A DNA stretch of 63,011 nucleotides, filler included, from Choristocarpus tenellus KU-1152 (GCA_964200185.2; 15 parts of 15 records of this genome joined end to end with filler, not necessarily neighbours in it); one strand, 5' to 3'; positions 13,753-26,702 are shown, counted from the first letter of the whole stretch. The notes: generated by a model from the letters alone, not told the origin. Numbers and translations: made by a program.

Positions 13753-14603
13753 GATTTACTGCGAAGTAAACTAGATGGTGCTACACTGAACTCGGTATTG
13801 TTGTGATTCAGGTGAGCATTCGGATCCGCCTTCAAGTGCTGACTGCACGAGACCACTTTGCTTGTATACCTCGTGCATCGTCCAATGACATTGGTTGTTG
13901 CACCGACGTTTGTTGATGCTCGTTGTTAAAGAGTATATCCTCTCGAAGAAGGTAGGTGTGACGACTTAGGACTCTTGCTAAGACGTGCCTCTTTGTCAGG
14001 TCGACCTTTTGTGACTCAACACCTTCTCAAGGTTATGAGAGGGACTAAGTTTTGATTGCAGTGATGGGAGCCCTCGTTACCTCCTTCAAGCTAATGCACC
14101 CTCTTCTAAGCCTTGGCCGTTGCTCGTTCCGTTTTCGGTCAGATCGTTGCACAAGCCTGACTTTGTGAATCCCATGTCACAAGTCACACCTGGAACACCG
14201 GGTTGCCTTAGTCGATCACCTGGCCTTCGGTTCATATTCCTTTGATTATTCCCTGCATGGCTGTAGACGGTTATTTTCCCACTTAAATTGGCACTCTTTG
14301 AGTAGTTGCAATGGTACATTGTAGCATGGGCGATCCTCTCATAGGTCGCTCACTCTGTTCCTCCCCTCCCAGCCTTAGCACTTGACTGACGTTGCTTTTG
14401 ATGCATCGGGAACAATTATTCCAGGGCCTATAGCTTCTCGCTGACGTCTCAATAAGTTCTGGTTGAGGTGCTGCCCAGAGGGCCTAGCATTTGGTCCAGT
14501 GACGGATTTGTCACAGGACTTCCATCAAGGACGTTCTCCCTGTAAGGCAACCGCGAAGGAAGAAAGCAAGGATAGAGGCTGGTGGTAAGCAGGTGCTTTC
14601 ACC

Positions 14604-15770
14604 ATGGGGGGGAATGGGAATGATACGAAGTTGGGGACTGGGCCAGTGGCTGGGCAGGGGGATGATTCTCCGTCACTTGTTGAGACAGGTACCAAGGGCC
14701 TGACAGAGGTGAGAAACTTGCTAGATATAGGGATAAAGGGTGGATTCATGTTTCTTGCCTGTCCAGTATCAACCTGTTTTGTGTTCTATGTGCCACTTGT
14801 TTCTAGTCCTGATCAACTTGGTCTGCAAAGTAAAAGGCCATACAGGTGTACCTGGTGTAGTTGGTATCAAATGTGCTGAGTCCATGCCCACTTTTTTTAG
14901 ATTGCACACAAGATTGTAAGGTGCATTTTCTACAGTCTTGTACCTTTTACTTGAAAAGATGTATTATTGCCGTGGATCAGAGCTGGACTATGGCCTGTTG
15001 CAGTGGGGCCATGCTTTCCCAACACCGGTGTACGTTCTGATAAAGAGTGGGCACGGCTCTAGTGTAGGCACTGTCAGCCCGGTACGTATTAATAGAGATG
15101 AACAGAATGGTAAGAACATCATTTGCATATTTTCCTTGGCAAATTGACCTTTCCTGATTGTGTATACTCATCTTCTACTCGAAAAGACTCATGTCCACAT
15201 ACAACGATAACGGTTGGCTTGTAACAACTGATACACTTCTTGTGAAACACCTCACCTCTCTTTTTTTTCTTACTTGTTGCCTATGTTAGACGGCCGATGC
15301 CATCAGCAGTTGTCGGTGCTGCTTCTATTGCATAAGAACAAACTGTCTAAAACAATCATTTGCAGCCTGGCGTCTGTAGCACTGGGAAGTAGGAACCCTA
15401 AGCCTTGACTCCCAGTGTAGACCAAACCTTGTCTGTGCCTTAACCAAGGCTCTGTGTGTCACTGTCACATCTAATTGCGACCCCCATAGTCCTCAACCCC
15501 TGTTCCGTTCTCCAACGTCTTTGATGTCTGTTTTTCTACTCACATCCAACCCCTACCCACTCAACCTTGCTGACCCCTTCGTTTCTTATGTTTTTTTGTG
15601 ACGCCTTGTGTTTTGTGGGGGTGGGGGGGGCGGGGCCAGGTGGTAGTGCACCCATTGGTACTGCTGTCGACAGTGGACCACTACAACAGGGTAGCAAAAG
15701 ACACGTGGAAGCGAGTGGTTGGTGTTTTGCTGGGCAGCAAGCACAAGGGGATAGTGGACATAACAAACAG
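14604..15770 (+). CDS. PSMD7: 26S proteasome regulatory subunit Rpn8 (MPN domain), exons 1-2, partial
   Basis: Exons 14604-14708 and 15640-15770 (GT-AG) join in phase to give ...GLTE|[43 protein letters not shown], the Rpn8 N-terminal signature. Confidence 0.92.
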
Positions 15771-16731
15771 GTAGTATTAGTGATGTTGGAGTGTATGTAC
15801 TCTCCATGCTCTTTGTGATGTGGTTTGATTTATACTATCTCTGATGAAGGGTTGGTGATAGACAGAGATGGGTTGCTAGACGTGAAAACATTAGGTACAC
15901 AAGGGTATTGGGGGGTTGGGGCTGGCAGTGCAGTGTTGGGGAGAGGATGCAAACCCCATCCTCTCCTGTGGCATGTTGGTTCTTCAAAAGGTTGCAATAG
16001 GTTTGGACTTAAACCCATGCTATAGATGCTAGTGAACTGGGTAATAGCAGACACTCTATCTGTCCTTCAGTGGTGGTGCAGTTCCACCCGCCTGCTTTCC
16101 GTTAACACCTTAGTTATGGTGGGTCCATTGATGATCTTTGTTGTTGGGGAGGGAGCATTGCATTATGAGTTAGAAGGGCTGACTGTAGTAAAGTTGGATG
16201 TCGGGAAGTTGATTCATTGCCCAGTGCCAGTTTGGATGATATTGGCAACCATTTGAATCCCCATCACTTCGAACCCCTGTTGCATGCTTCGCTTGTACTT
16301 TTAATGCATTTTTTTGTATGTTCCGATTTTCTTGCGTGGCTATTTGATGTGCCTTGTCTCCTTTTTCCTTTTGTGTTCCCCTTCCCCCCCCCGTGCACTC
16401 CTGCACTCCACCCTCTGTTCGTGATGATGTGACACTTGGTTGTTAGAATGAGAGAGATGTGATTGGCCGGAGGTCTTTTTTGTCTTGCGTGATTGGTTGG
16501 AAAAAATGTTGTATTTGATTTGTGAAGTGGGTGCAGCAAGCTGTTTCTTGCTTGCACGGAAGGATGTTTGAAGTAGGCAATGCCTTTGTCTTCCACAATC
16601 GATGGTTTTGTTTGGGGGGGGGGAAGGGGGGNNNNNNNNNNNNNNNNNNNNNNNNNNNNNNNNNNNNNNNNNNNNTTAATTAATTAANNNNNNNNNNNNN
16701 NNNNNNNNNNNNNNNNNNNNNNNNNNNNNNN

Positions 16732-16755
16732 CCCCCTGCCCAGATACTTTGGGTC
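16732..16755. mobile_element. MITE family B end
   Basis: CCCAGATACTTTGGGTC at contig start. Confidence 0.75.
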
Positions 16756-16790
16756 AATAGCAATACATTCCAAGTTTAGTTGCACAGGTT

Positions 16791-17400
16791 ATGAGCCTCA
16801 ACGATATGGAGAACGACATGAAGAAGTTGCCAATCTGGACTGGAGCACCGGGACGGCCAGTGGAGACCTGGACAACGTGGAGGTTATCTGTGGTGTGGGT
16901 TACGCTGGGGGAAAGGGTCTATAAGACATTCGGCGGCGAAAATATGTCGTCCCTGAACCCACAGAGACACTGACGGAACAGGAATAAAGAGCGCACGAGA
17001 ACTACGAAAAAGAGTCAATGGAGGATACACAGAGGACAAGATCCCCATTCAGCTCATCGCAAGACCCGGCATAAGCTGCAAAGAGCTGAAATGGGCAAAT
17101 ATCTTTTTATCGTCGTACCAACAAAGTGGACCTGCACCTTCGGAAAAAATGGGAAGCTGGAGGCTAAGGAGACATGGGGTATGGTACTATCAACAACGAG
17201 AAAGAACTGGAGGTCAAGGGTAATATTTCAGGGTGTACTTTGAGTACCCCTGATATGACATGATGAATATTGAGCACTGGAATCCTGTGACAAGATGACG
17301 GAGACAATTGAGGCAATGCAGCCGGAGCTGGAACTGTGACCAAGCCTGAGCCAGATAGACCTGGAGCAGTGATCACCATACCTTGTCCCTGAGGGGGCAT
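16791..17400 (+). pseudogene. Possible decayed Copia gag N-terminal fragment
   Basis: KKLPIWTG...ETWTTWRL followed by frameshifted segments; weak resemblance. Confidence 0.25.
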
Positions 17401-17699
17401 GCCCATCGATTGGAGACCCCAATGAATCTTGCTTACAGAGCGAGAAAAGCAATTGCTGTATCTGCCACAAGGGGAGCAGGATATCAGCAGGAGCAGTAAC
17501 TAAGCCTTCACTAGAGGAGAAAGGAGCAGCTATATCTGAGCTGCTTGCTGCGATGGCACACCTCCACAACCCCCCACTCACCTGTAAGGGGGCTAGAGTT
17601 GGGCCTCCAACTCCTGAGGGAGAAGGAGCCAAGTAACCAACCCTGGTAGGGTAAGGCATTGCTCCTTCTAAGGTGGTTGCTACATTGGTAGATCTTGAT

Positions 17700-17940
17700 G
17701 AGTGAAAGTATCTTGGAGGGTACGAGTTTTGCCCTGTCTGTCCGTTTGGGGCTTAGCTTCCCATATTCTTTTTATATATCTTTCCTACTCCGAAATAATA
17801 TATACGTTATGAAGAGGTGTGTCCGGAACAAGGATACTGACACTCCTAACAAGCACAATAGTCATAATTACATCGAAATCGCAACATTGGAATTTGGGTT
17901 CCAAACGGACGCGGCTCTACCCTCTAAGATACTTTGACTC
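17700..17940. mobile_element. MITE family A, complete, 4-bp TSD TGAT
   Basis: TGAT|GAGTGAAAGTATCTTGGAGGGTA ... TACCCTCTAAGATACTTTGACTC|TGAT. Confidence 0.95.
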
Positions 17941-18087
17941 TGATGACTCTCGCAGGGAAGGTTATCAGCAAAGCGCTGCCTGCACAAGACTGGTAAGTCC
18001 GTGGAATATGACTATCTACTCCAGACCATCCAGAATAATCTTCTATATCAGAGGCACTCGTGGGGACTGATGCGCAAGAATGGCAAG

Positions 18088-18200
18088 GGGTCAAAGTATC
18101 TGGGGGGGGGGGGGTCTGCACTGGGGCGTCCAAATGGACCCTTGTATAAGTTTTGGAAAATAGCATGACATGTGAAAAACGCATAATGGAGTGTCTTTAG
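18088..18200. mobile_element. Family B-type TIR leading into a different interior
   Basis: GGGTCAAAGTATCTG(n)TCTGCACTGGGGCGTCCAAATGG; no partner end in this contig. Confidence 0.6.
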
Positions 18201-19594
18201 TCGTGGAGGTTGGTCTTTCTTCGGTGGAATATTGCATAATCTACACCTAGTGTTTGTACTTGGCGCTTTAGATGTTGGAAAAGTAGCGTTTTGGGGGGTC
18301 GATTTCTGGAGTGGGGTGTTTTGGTTGTTGGTTGTGAAGTGCGGATTGGATTGGTTAATCTCTTGTGGGTTTATCGCCTTCATGGAGTGGGATTAATGTT
18401 AATTGAGGTAGGGATTTATGGTTTGTCATATCCAGCGTTGAGCAATATGTGATTGTCAATTGACGGAGAGGGTCTCGTCAATTTGGGGAGGGGTGTGTGA
18501 AGGGATAAGTATTTGTGCGAATTCTATGTAAGTTAAGGGCGTGCGAGGGGATAGGTTGGCGACAGGTGTAATGAATTCGCGTTTGTATATTTTGGAGGTA
18601 TGTAAATTATGTCCTTTGTGGAGCGGGGCATGTGATATCAATGTCGAAAAAACGTCTTACGTGGGAGAGGGGAATGTGTGATCCTTGATTGTTGTCTCCA
18701 TATATAAAGGGTGGAAGGAGGAACGCCGCATAAAAAGACCACACTAGAAGAGGGATGCGACGAATTCTTTCTGTGATGTCTAATTTATTTGTCATGTGAG
18801 AATATCTGCTTTTTCTAGCAAACACACAAAGAAGTAAATTAATATACCCGATGTTAAAATTCTATACGTACATTACAAACTACTACACTGTGTAATATAT
18901 ACCAGTAGTCGTAAGGAAAATAATTGACCAAGAAACAGGTTCTAACCATCTATAATAAGTAAAAATCAACGCAATATCCAAAGGTGAGACAGCACACGTA
19001 CACCTAAAAGGAACGACACAGACATAACACCCAAATGTAATTAAATGCAAAATGAACCCTGCCTCGACAACACACGTCCGACCTCTACTATGATAGGACA
19101 GGATGTCCGCCGGAGGCATGATGTCCTGGATGGATGAGGGGAGGGGGTACACACGACTACGAATTTAGAGAAGATTTGTAGCGCGTCCGACTTGCTGCAA
19201 CCTCCATTCCATATTACGGTCATATGGGACTGGTCCAGAACCAGGATCTCAGCTCCTCGTTAGGCTCCATGCTGTATTGTTGTTGAAGAAGCTGGATATT
19301 TTTCACCTCGCTATTCTCCCATTTCACCTCATAGGGGTAGCTGAGTCGCTCCTCTCCCACTGGCTCCGTATGGCAGGGCTGGTATTTGTGCAAAATAGGG
19401 CAATAGAGAGGTGTACCTTATTTTGTNNNNNNNNNNNNNNNNNNNNNNNNNNNNNNNNNNNNNNNNNNNNTTAATTAATTAANNNNNNNNNNNNNNNNNN
19501 NNNNNNNNNNNNNNNNNNNNNNNNNNCCACACTACTTTTTTTTTACCCTTTCCCCCCCCCCCCCGCGCACAACCAAACTATACGCTCCTTGGAG

Positions 19595-20702
19595 GTGCAT
19601 GCTTATGTACGCTGAGCATCGAAAATCTGGAGGACAGAAAGTATCTTGTCCTCTCTGCCGAACAGACTGGGGACCCCTTGCCCTCCAAGACCTGCAAGAG
19701 CCACAACGATCGGAGGTTAAGAGATGTAGGCGGAAAATGGATAGCATCCTCCCTGTGCAGTGCAATTCCTGCAAGGTAAACTTGCTGACTACCTTCTTCC
19801 GGTGCCTGGTCTGTACCCCTGCAGGATCTGCGGTGAGAAAAAAAGAATTAACTGGAAATGACCATGTGTGTGTTGAGTGAGTGTGTGAGTTCGAGGGATG
19901 GCCTGGGCAGCAAGTCATGCATTCTCTATCCCGACATTGTTCATGCTTCTGTACACAGACTCTTCTTCTGAAGCATGTTTCTGCAAGGCACGTCTGTCTT
20001 TGATTGGTGTGCCTGTTTCTCGGCTCGGGTATGGCGCCCACCTCTGGGCAGTAGGGAAGCGTGGGGACCAGCGGGAGATGGGGACGGACAGGAGGAAAAC
20101 CGACTCTCTGAATTGTTCTTAGTGGCAAAAACTTGTGAACAAAAGCAGTGCGGAATAGGGTTAGGGTTAAAAAAAGAAAAAGTCGAAAGGAGTACCTGTG
20201 GACAATCAGACAATCAGTACATGTGCACTGGTTAGCAGGCAAGGCTTCAGATATGGCCCAAAGTATCTGGAGGGGGGGGGAGTCTACACCAGGGTGTCCA
20301 TTTCGGGTCATATCCAGGAAAAGTGCACTTATATTTTTCATCCGACGTATGCAACCGAATAACCCAAAAATCACGACTTGAAAAAATTGACCCCAAATGG
20401 ACAGCCGCCACCCCCCCCACAGATACTTTCAGCCTATCTTCGAGATCCTGACTGCCCTGTGCCCAAATCTTACCAAGGACCTCTGCAGAAGGTGCTACGG
20501 TTCATCGGGTCGCAGTCACTGTGAATCCACGACTGGAGGGCATGAAAGACTCCATCTTTTCGTTCAGGGTGAGGTATCTGGTCCAACGGCTCCAAACTGG
20601 AAGCCGGCACTGTGTCCGGAGGCAACTAGCAGGGGAAGGAACTATGGGGGCTCTGGACAGTTGCATCCTCCCCTTCCCCTTGCAGCAATCCTCTCCCTCC
20701 AG
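19595..20702 (+). CDS. ZSWIM2/MEX-like RING + ZZ zinc-finger E3 ligase, two internal exons
   Basis: Exon 19595-19832 CMLMYAEH...VSCPLCRTDWG (RING end)...CNSC...RCLVC; exon 20478-20702 DLCRRCY...H...HLF (ZZ finger). Confidence 0.75.
20255..20434. mobile_element. MITE family B, complete, 3-bp TSD TAT, intronic
   Basis: TAT|GGCCCAAAGTATCTGG ... CAGATACTTTCAGCC|TAT. Confidence 0.9.
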
Positions 20703-21616
20703 GTTTGTTATCCCTTTCAGTAGACGTTTTCTAGGAGCAAGCATAAGTTCTGTATCTACACATGCCATTCATGCCAATGAACATCCCTTGCAACTATAGA
20801 AATTGCTAAAGGCATTCCACTCTTCTTCTTTTTTGCACCAGCTTGATCTCTTCGGATCCATGATCAGAGACTGTCTTTGATACCTTCCTGAATATCTAAT
20901 GAACACATTTTGTCATGGTTTAAGGCCAGACACAACTCAAAAGAGGTATCACCCCTGCGCTACACAAACTCACGAACTGTTGCTGCACTACCACTAGAAC
21001 CTATACCATTTCCCTGCTCACTGTACTTCTTGCCCAGTCTGTTCAGCCACCTCCATCACCCCTCGAACACTTCCTGCTTTGTCATGTCTGGTGCTTGCTC
21101 TACCCTAACCCTTCTCACAACAAGGCAATGAAGCAATGAAACAAAGATCACAATTTTTTCCGAGTTTGAGGTTAGGTTCTGCAATCTAACCCGGTAACAT
21201 GGTGCATTTCAAACTGCTGGCCTCATGGAGCAGGGACCATCCGAAAAAATAATAAACCCAAGCAGGATTTGAACCCTGGATGCAGCAGTCAAGTTAGGAG
21301 CACAGTTGTAACTATGAAAACCCCCAACCCAACCCTAGTATGGTTCAAAACGAAGAGACCTTCGATACGGTAGTTGCAGCAGTCTTACAGGTGAACATGA
21401 CTTGGTACAATATATGCACGCCTGCGTCTATAATTCTACTCCATCCCTACAAAAAAAATTCTTAGTGAGTGTAGGCACCTGTCTCCATTGCTGATAGTGC
21501 TTCAAAAACATGCTCTCAACGTTTTTAGCGAGCGTGACAATCTGTTACACTCACTATAATGATAGTGTTTTACAGTGCCTAGAAATTAGCTTTCAAGGCT
21601 GATTGTTACACCTACT

Positions 21617-21883
21617 GAGTCAAAGTTAACGAGAGGTACCCAGAGTTGCGTTTGAAGTATGTTGACAAATAAATATACGTGCAACTTCGGCTTCTTTTTT
21701 TTACAAACATGTAGAGGATATTTTGTGGATTGTGTCGGAATAGTATCAAAACAAGAGAAAAAAGCTCTCTCAAGTGAAACTTAGACCTTCATCCATAGAA
21801 ATATGGGTGAGTTGCAAAATGTTGAAAAAGAGATAAAAAATGCAAATCGACCTAAACCTGGGTACCTCTTGTTTACTTGACTT
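21617..21883. mobile_element. MITE family C
   Basis: GAGTCAAAGTTAACGAGAGGTACCC ... GGGTACCTCTTGTTTACTTGACTT; interior homologous to 57786-58034. Confidence 0.85.
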
Positions 21884-21894
21884 GCTCACCAATT

Positions 21895-22050
21895 GGGTCA
21901 AAGTATCTGGGGGGGGGGGTGGCGGCTGTCCATTTGTGGCCAATTTTTTCATGTCGGGATTTTTGGGTGATTTGGTTCCATACGTTGGATGGATAATGAA
22001 TGTGCACTTTTCCTGGTTTTGTCCAAATGAACACTCTGGTGTAACCCCCT
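21895..22050. mobile_element. MITE family B (one end eroded)
   Basis: GGGTCAAAGTATCTG(n)TGGCGGCTGTCCATTTG... Confidence 0.85.
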
Positions 22051-22260
22051 TGTTCGCTTCCTGTCTCCCCACCTCCGTTCTCAATCTTTTCGGGGTTATG
22101 TNNNNNNNNNNNNNNNNNNNNNNNNNNNNNNNNNNNNNNNNNNNNTTAATTAATTAANNNNNNNNNNNNNNNNNNNNNNNNNNNNNNNNNNNNNNNNNNN
22201 NTATAAAAGAAAAAGAAAGAAAAAGAAAAAAAAAAAAAAAAAAAAAAATTAAAAGATAAG

Positions 22261-22297
<37 letters not shown>

Positions 22298-22521
22298 CTA
22301 CACCAGAGTGTCCATTTGGACCAAAACCAGGAAGAGTGCATTTACATTATCCATCCAACGTATGCAACCAAACCCAAAAATCGCGACATGAAAAAATAGC
22401 CCCCAAACGGACAGCCGCTACCCCCCCCCCCCCCCCACCTGAAGCCCCTCCACAACAAGAACACCCAAACTACACTGAAAANNNNNNNNNNCCCCCCCCC
22501 CCCCCCCAGATACTTTAAGCC
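22261..22521. mobile_element. MITE family B with expanded G/C tracts
   Basis: G-run-TCTACACCAGAGTGTCCATTTGG ... CCCAGATACTTTAAGCC. Confidence 0.8.
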
Positions 22522-24099
22522 TATAAATACGACGATCGTCATCAATGCTAAGACAACTCCCTAAAATATGTACTATTTGGAAACTAACCACACAACAATG
22601 TCCCCTTTCAAAAGGTCTAATCCTTCAAAGCAATATGTACACTGTTATGCTTCTAGGCTAGCTAGCCCATATAAAGCTGGGCGACGAGTGAGGGAAGCAT
22701 CACCAAGAATATGTCAAGCTCCATCTCGCCCACCTGCATGGTATCTCTAGCTTAAAACCTGTCGATATATCCGTAGAGTGCAAGCAGCAACCGAGCTCAT
22801 TGCTATATTTGTAGCGTAAGTTCTGATTTGGGACTCTACGGTATGGTTTCATTTAAAATTTCCACGGCATTTCTGGCATTTCCACAGTAGTACTGTATGT
22901 GGACAAAAGGGGGCCTGGCAGATTCTTGGGATGTTACCACATTTAAAGCTAGATTGGAAGTGTAGCAATGTACACAATACTTAGTGAAAGACAATCTTCA
23001 AGAGGACTGTCATAATCTTAGTTATTACAAATAGTTGTAAATATATTTTAGGGAGGTATCTTACCATTGATGTCAACCCTTGTATATCTACAGTAGGTGT
23101 CCTTTTCATATAGCTTTGGTCTTGTTGGTTTCCCCCGTGACACTTCTACAAAACGTCAGAGGGCATAGTAACATATACTTTGTGGCATTGTAGTAGCCAT
23201 TGCCATTGTCAAAATCGTACGGGAAGTCACGATATGGTAAAACATAAAATACCAAATGTATTCATTACCGCCACTGCAAACACTGTCATGACGAGCCTTG
23301 GTCATTACCAAAAGAAAAATGCTTTCATTTGATCAAGCACTACATGAATTGAAAGCCGCAGCAGAAAAAGGAGTCCAGGAAGACAGAGGGGTGGGGGGCG
23401 GAGCCTGAGTGACAGAGGGAGGGAGGTAAGGGAGTAAGGGAGGACAATAGAGATGTGGCTGTAACATATAGGAGACCAGGATTCGGTTGATCTTCCAGGG
23501 ACTTCAAGAGCAGTGGTGCATGATCAAGTACATGAAAAGAAATGAAACAACTTTGTTGGGTTAAGGTGCAGGGCTCAAAATGTTTGCTGCCAAACAAAAA
23601 TGGTTACCATTACTGAAGCCGCCAAAGGGTGCCAAGGGTCCATACAAAATGTTCTTTGCACCAACCAGGTGTTAAACAAGTGCTTGCCGAACCAGCTGGC
23701 AGGTTGTTGAGTGAAATGATCATCCTAGTTCATGAGAGTCATGAAGTTATGAAAGGAACTGCTACCAAAGGCCCTGGCAGGCAGCGTATCTCCAGTAAGG
23801 TCATCACCACTATCAGTTTACCATCAACATTGGGTGACCCCTGTACCAACTACTGCAGTTCTTGGATAATTAATATCAAGGGAGTTGACACACATACATC
23901 GCACAATAAATTCCCGAACAAGGGGTAAAGGGGAGGTGAAACAATTTTGTAGTGCTTCATTCAAAGCATTCATTTCATGGTGAGCAACAGGAAGTGGCAG
24001 AATGTTGAAAAGCATGTGAGGCAACGCATCACTTCCTGACTGACAGGAGATCATATCCTCAGAATTTCAACTTTCACTGAGGTTAGCTCAAACTCAATT

Positions 24100-25058
24100 G
24101 TAGTAGTAGTAGTAGTAGTAGTATCATTTTTATCTGTTACGTACGGCGTATTAGTTATTATGTGACAAGAAGAGAAACAAATGAAAGGGAAGAATTGAAT
24201 TTCTTGGAGAAAATACCATCATTCCATGAGGGGAAGAGATGGAAGAAAGCGAAGAGGGGGGTATAAGAGGATAAGTTCACAAAGAAAAAGAAAAAACAGG
24301 TGCGTATGGTGCTATCAAGAAAGGGAAAGTTTATGGAGTAATCTGAGTTTTGTGGGCGGAAGAATCCTGGTGGTAATGTGGTACAGGGGAGTGAGAGGTG
24401 AGGAAGGAAAAGAAAAAGTACGCAAGGGGTGAGCAAAGAGTTATGTACTGAGTGATTAGGAGGCAGAAGAGGCGGGAGAGAAGTTAAAGAAGTGGTTGGT
24501 AGGTGGAGGCACAAGGTAAGAAGGAATGGTCAGTATGTAAAGAAAACCGAGGGCTGATGGTACAAGACGGGGAGGGGCTAGAACAAGACAACCTCCGAGC
24601 AAGATCTCCCACCCACCCACCCTGTCGCTTGCTCACGACCGATTGGGATGCTGGGTAAAGGGAGGGGAGGTCAAGTCCGGGCGGGGTAGATGTCTTCTAG
24701 TTCAAAGGCACAGTTTGAAGTGGATTATGAAGGGGTGTTCTTGGATTATTGTGGAGTGGTGTTGAGTGGTGTGGGGTTGATTGGAGTGGTAACTGGTGTG
24801 GGGTTGAGTGGGGTTGAAGGGTGGGCTAGTGACTGGAATCAGTGGCGAAGGGGTCGCACTGGTTGGTCATCTGAGGTGGGGGGTGACTGGAAATCAGTGG
24901 TGAAGGGGTCACACTGGTTAGTCATCAAATGTGGAGGTGACTGGAAGTCAGTGTCGAACGTGGTTCACACTGGTTGGTCATCATAAAGGGGGGTTGACTG
25001 GAAATCAGTGGTGAAGGGGTCACACATGTTGGCCATCAAATGTGGAGGTGACTAGAAA
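24100..25058 (-). repeat. Dispersed repeat with 54-bp tandem units and (TAC)n tail; possible non-LTR retroelement 3' region
   Basis: Homologous to ~59290-60067; units GACTGGAAATCAGTGGTGAAGGGGTCRCACTGGTTGGTCATC at 24831, 24885, 24939, 24996, 25050. Confidence 0.65.
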
Positions 25059-25360
25059 NNNNNNNNNNNNNNNNNNNNNNNNNNNNNNNNNNNNNNNNNN
25101 NNTTAATTAATTAANNNNNNNNNNNNNNNNNNNNNNNNNNNNNNNNNNNNNNNNNNNNCTCACTCATGGGGGCCCAAGCCTCTGAACCAGATAATCCATG
25201 CCAAGTCAAATGAGGTATTCTGAAGGTGCAGGCCTCCTGTGAGACTTAAATGTCTGATATACCCTGTACAATTTGTCCACTCCATGCCTTTCTCGTTGGA
25301 ACATATCAGGTGGTAAGCAATGCTCATCCTCAAGAACCTCTCCACAGTTACTCTGGACAA

Positions 25361-25620
25361 GAGTGATAGTATCTTAGAGGGTACGAGTTTTGCCCTGTTT
25401 GTCCATTTAAACCTTGGCTTCCCACGGGGTTTTTTTATGACATTTTCCTACTCCAAAAGGTTTCGGAGTAGGTAAAATGTGTACGTTATGAAAAGGTGTG
25501 TCCGGAACATGAATATTTACACTTCCTAACAAACACGAAAGCCAAAATCAAAATGAAATTGCAACATTGGCTTTTGGCCCCCAAATGGACGCGGCTCTAC
25601 CCTCTTAGATACTTTGGCTC
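25361..25620. mobile_element. MITE family A, complete, 4-bp TSD ACAA
   Basis: ACAA|GAGTGATAGTATCTTAGAGGG ... GATACTTTGGCTC|ACAA. Confidence 0.95.
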
Positions 25621-25868
25621 ACAACCCCCTTTCCTCCTTAAGATTGACAGGAATGTTGGCTCTCATTCCAGGCATCGTGTAGTCACAATGAATGGCCTCG
25701 TACATAGTGCTTCGCCCGCCCCCAGACCATCTCTATCGGGTTCAATTCACAGTGGTACTTTGGAAGTATCAAGCGGTGTCCTCCAAGACGCTCAACCTGA
25801 ATCGTGTCCTATGAGTGGCTTAAACAGTATTAAGCAGAGGTTAGCCACGTACCGTTTTTGTGGGTAGC

Positions 25869-26144
25869 AATCTTGATTGTTTTGAAACGGTTGCCCAACG
25901 TGTTAGTCGACGATCAGTATATCAAATGAAAGCTCTGAATCTAGGCTATCGATTGGTGCAAAGTATTCCTTTCGGAAAAATATTTTTGGTCATGATAATT
26001 CATTCAGTAAAAATTTAACCTTCACAAAATAATTTTCCGAAAAGAATTACTTTCCGGAAAACGATAGCTTCGGTCAAGAGCTTTTATTCGATATGCTGAT
26101 CGTCGTTTAACTCGTTGGGCAACCTTTTCAAAAAACAAGACTGG
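25869..26144. mobile_element. Foldback (long inverted repeat) element
   Basis: Arms of about 120 bp: GGTTGCCCAACG...CGACGATCAGTATATCAAATGAAAGCTC...TTTCGGAAAA pairs with TTTTCCGAAA...GAGCTTTTATTCGATATGCTGATCGTCG...CGTTGGGCAACC. Confidence 0.75.
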
Positions 26145-26523
26145 TCTCATCCTAGAGGTGACTGCCAACAGTATATAGTGAAAAGCATTATGCCCTCGGT
26201 AAGTCCCTCGGGGCAACACTCAAAGTTTGATGATCTAATGTAGTGGTACCAGTAGCTTCACCCTCTGGGGTTGTCCCGTCCTAACGTTTGATGTAGACAT
26301 CGGATAAAAAAAATTGAAGCATACTCATGATGCATGCCACAAGGCCCTCCAGAGTATGGGCTTCGTTTTTTTCTCGTCATTTTTTTATTTTTTGCAGAAA
26401 GACCACTCATATTGGGCTCGAGCCCTGGATTGTAGGTCACCAAGAGTGGCAGCAGATGCACTATTACTTGATTAAAGTATAGGGTTTAGGTGGGAAAAAA
26501 GCCTCTCCACCCTTTCTTCCTCT

Positions 26524-26702
26524 GGCTCAAAGTATCTGGGAGGGCGCGGCGAGTGTCCATTTGGGGTCAATTTTTTCATATTGCGATTTTCGAGTGATTT
26601 GGTTGCATACATCGGATGGATAATCAAATACCTTTTTCTCGATTTTGACCCAAACGGACACCCTCGTGTAGACCCCCCCCTCCCCCCCAGATACTTTGGG
26701 TC
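26524..26702. mobile_element. MITE family B, complete, 3-bp TSD TCT
   Basis: TCT|GGCTCAAAGTATCTGGG ... CCCAGATACTTTGGGTC|TCT; absent from the paralogous site near 42085. Confidence 0.92.

Noticed and set aside
19532-20374. 280-aa minus-strand ORF, the longest in the track
   Set aside because: Starts within a MITE and is antisense to the RING/ZZ exon; no recognisable domain
21255-21295. B-box-like GGTTCAAATCC on the minus strand
   Set aside because: No cloverleaf could be built
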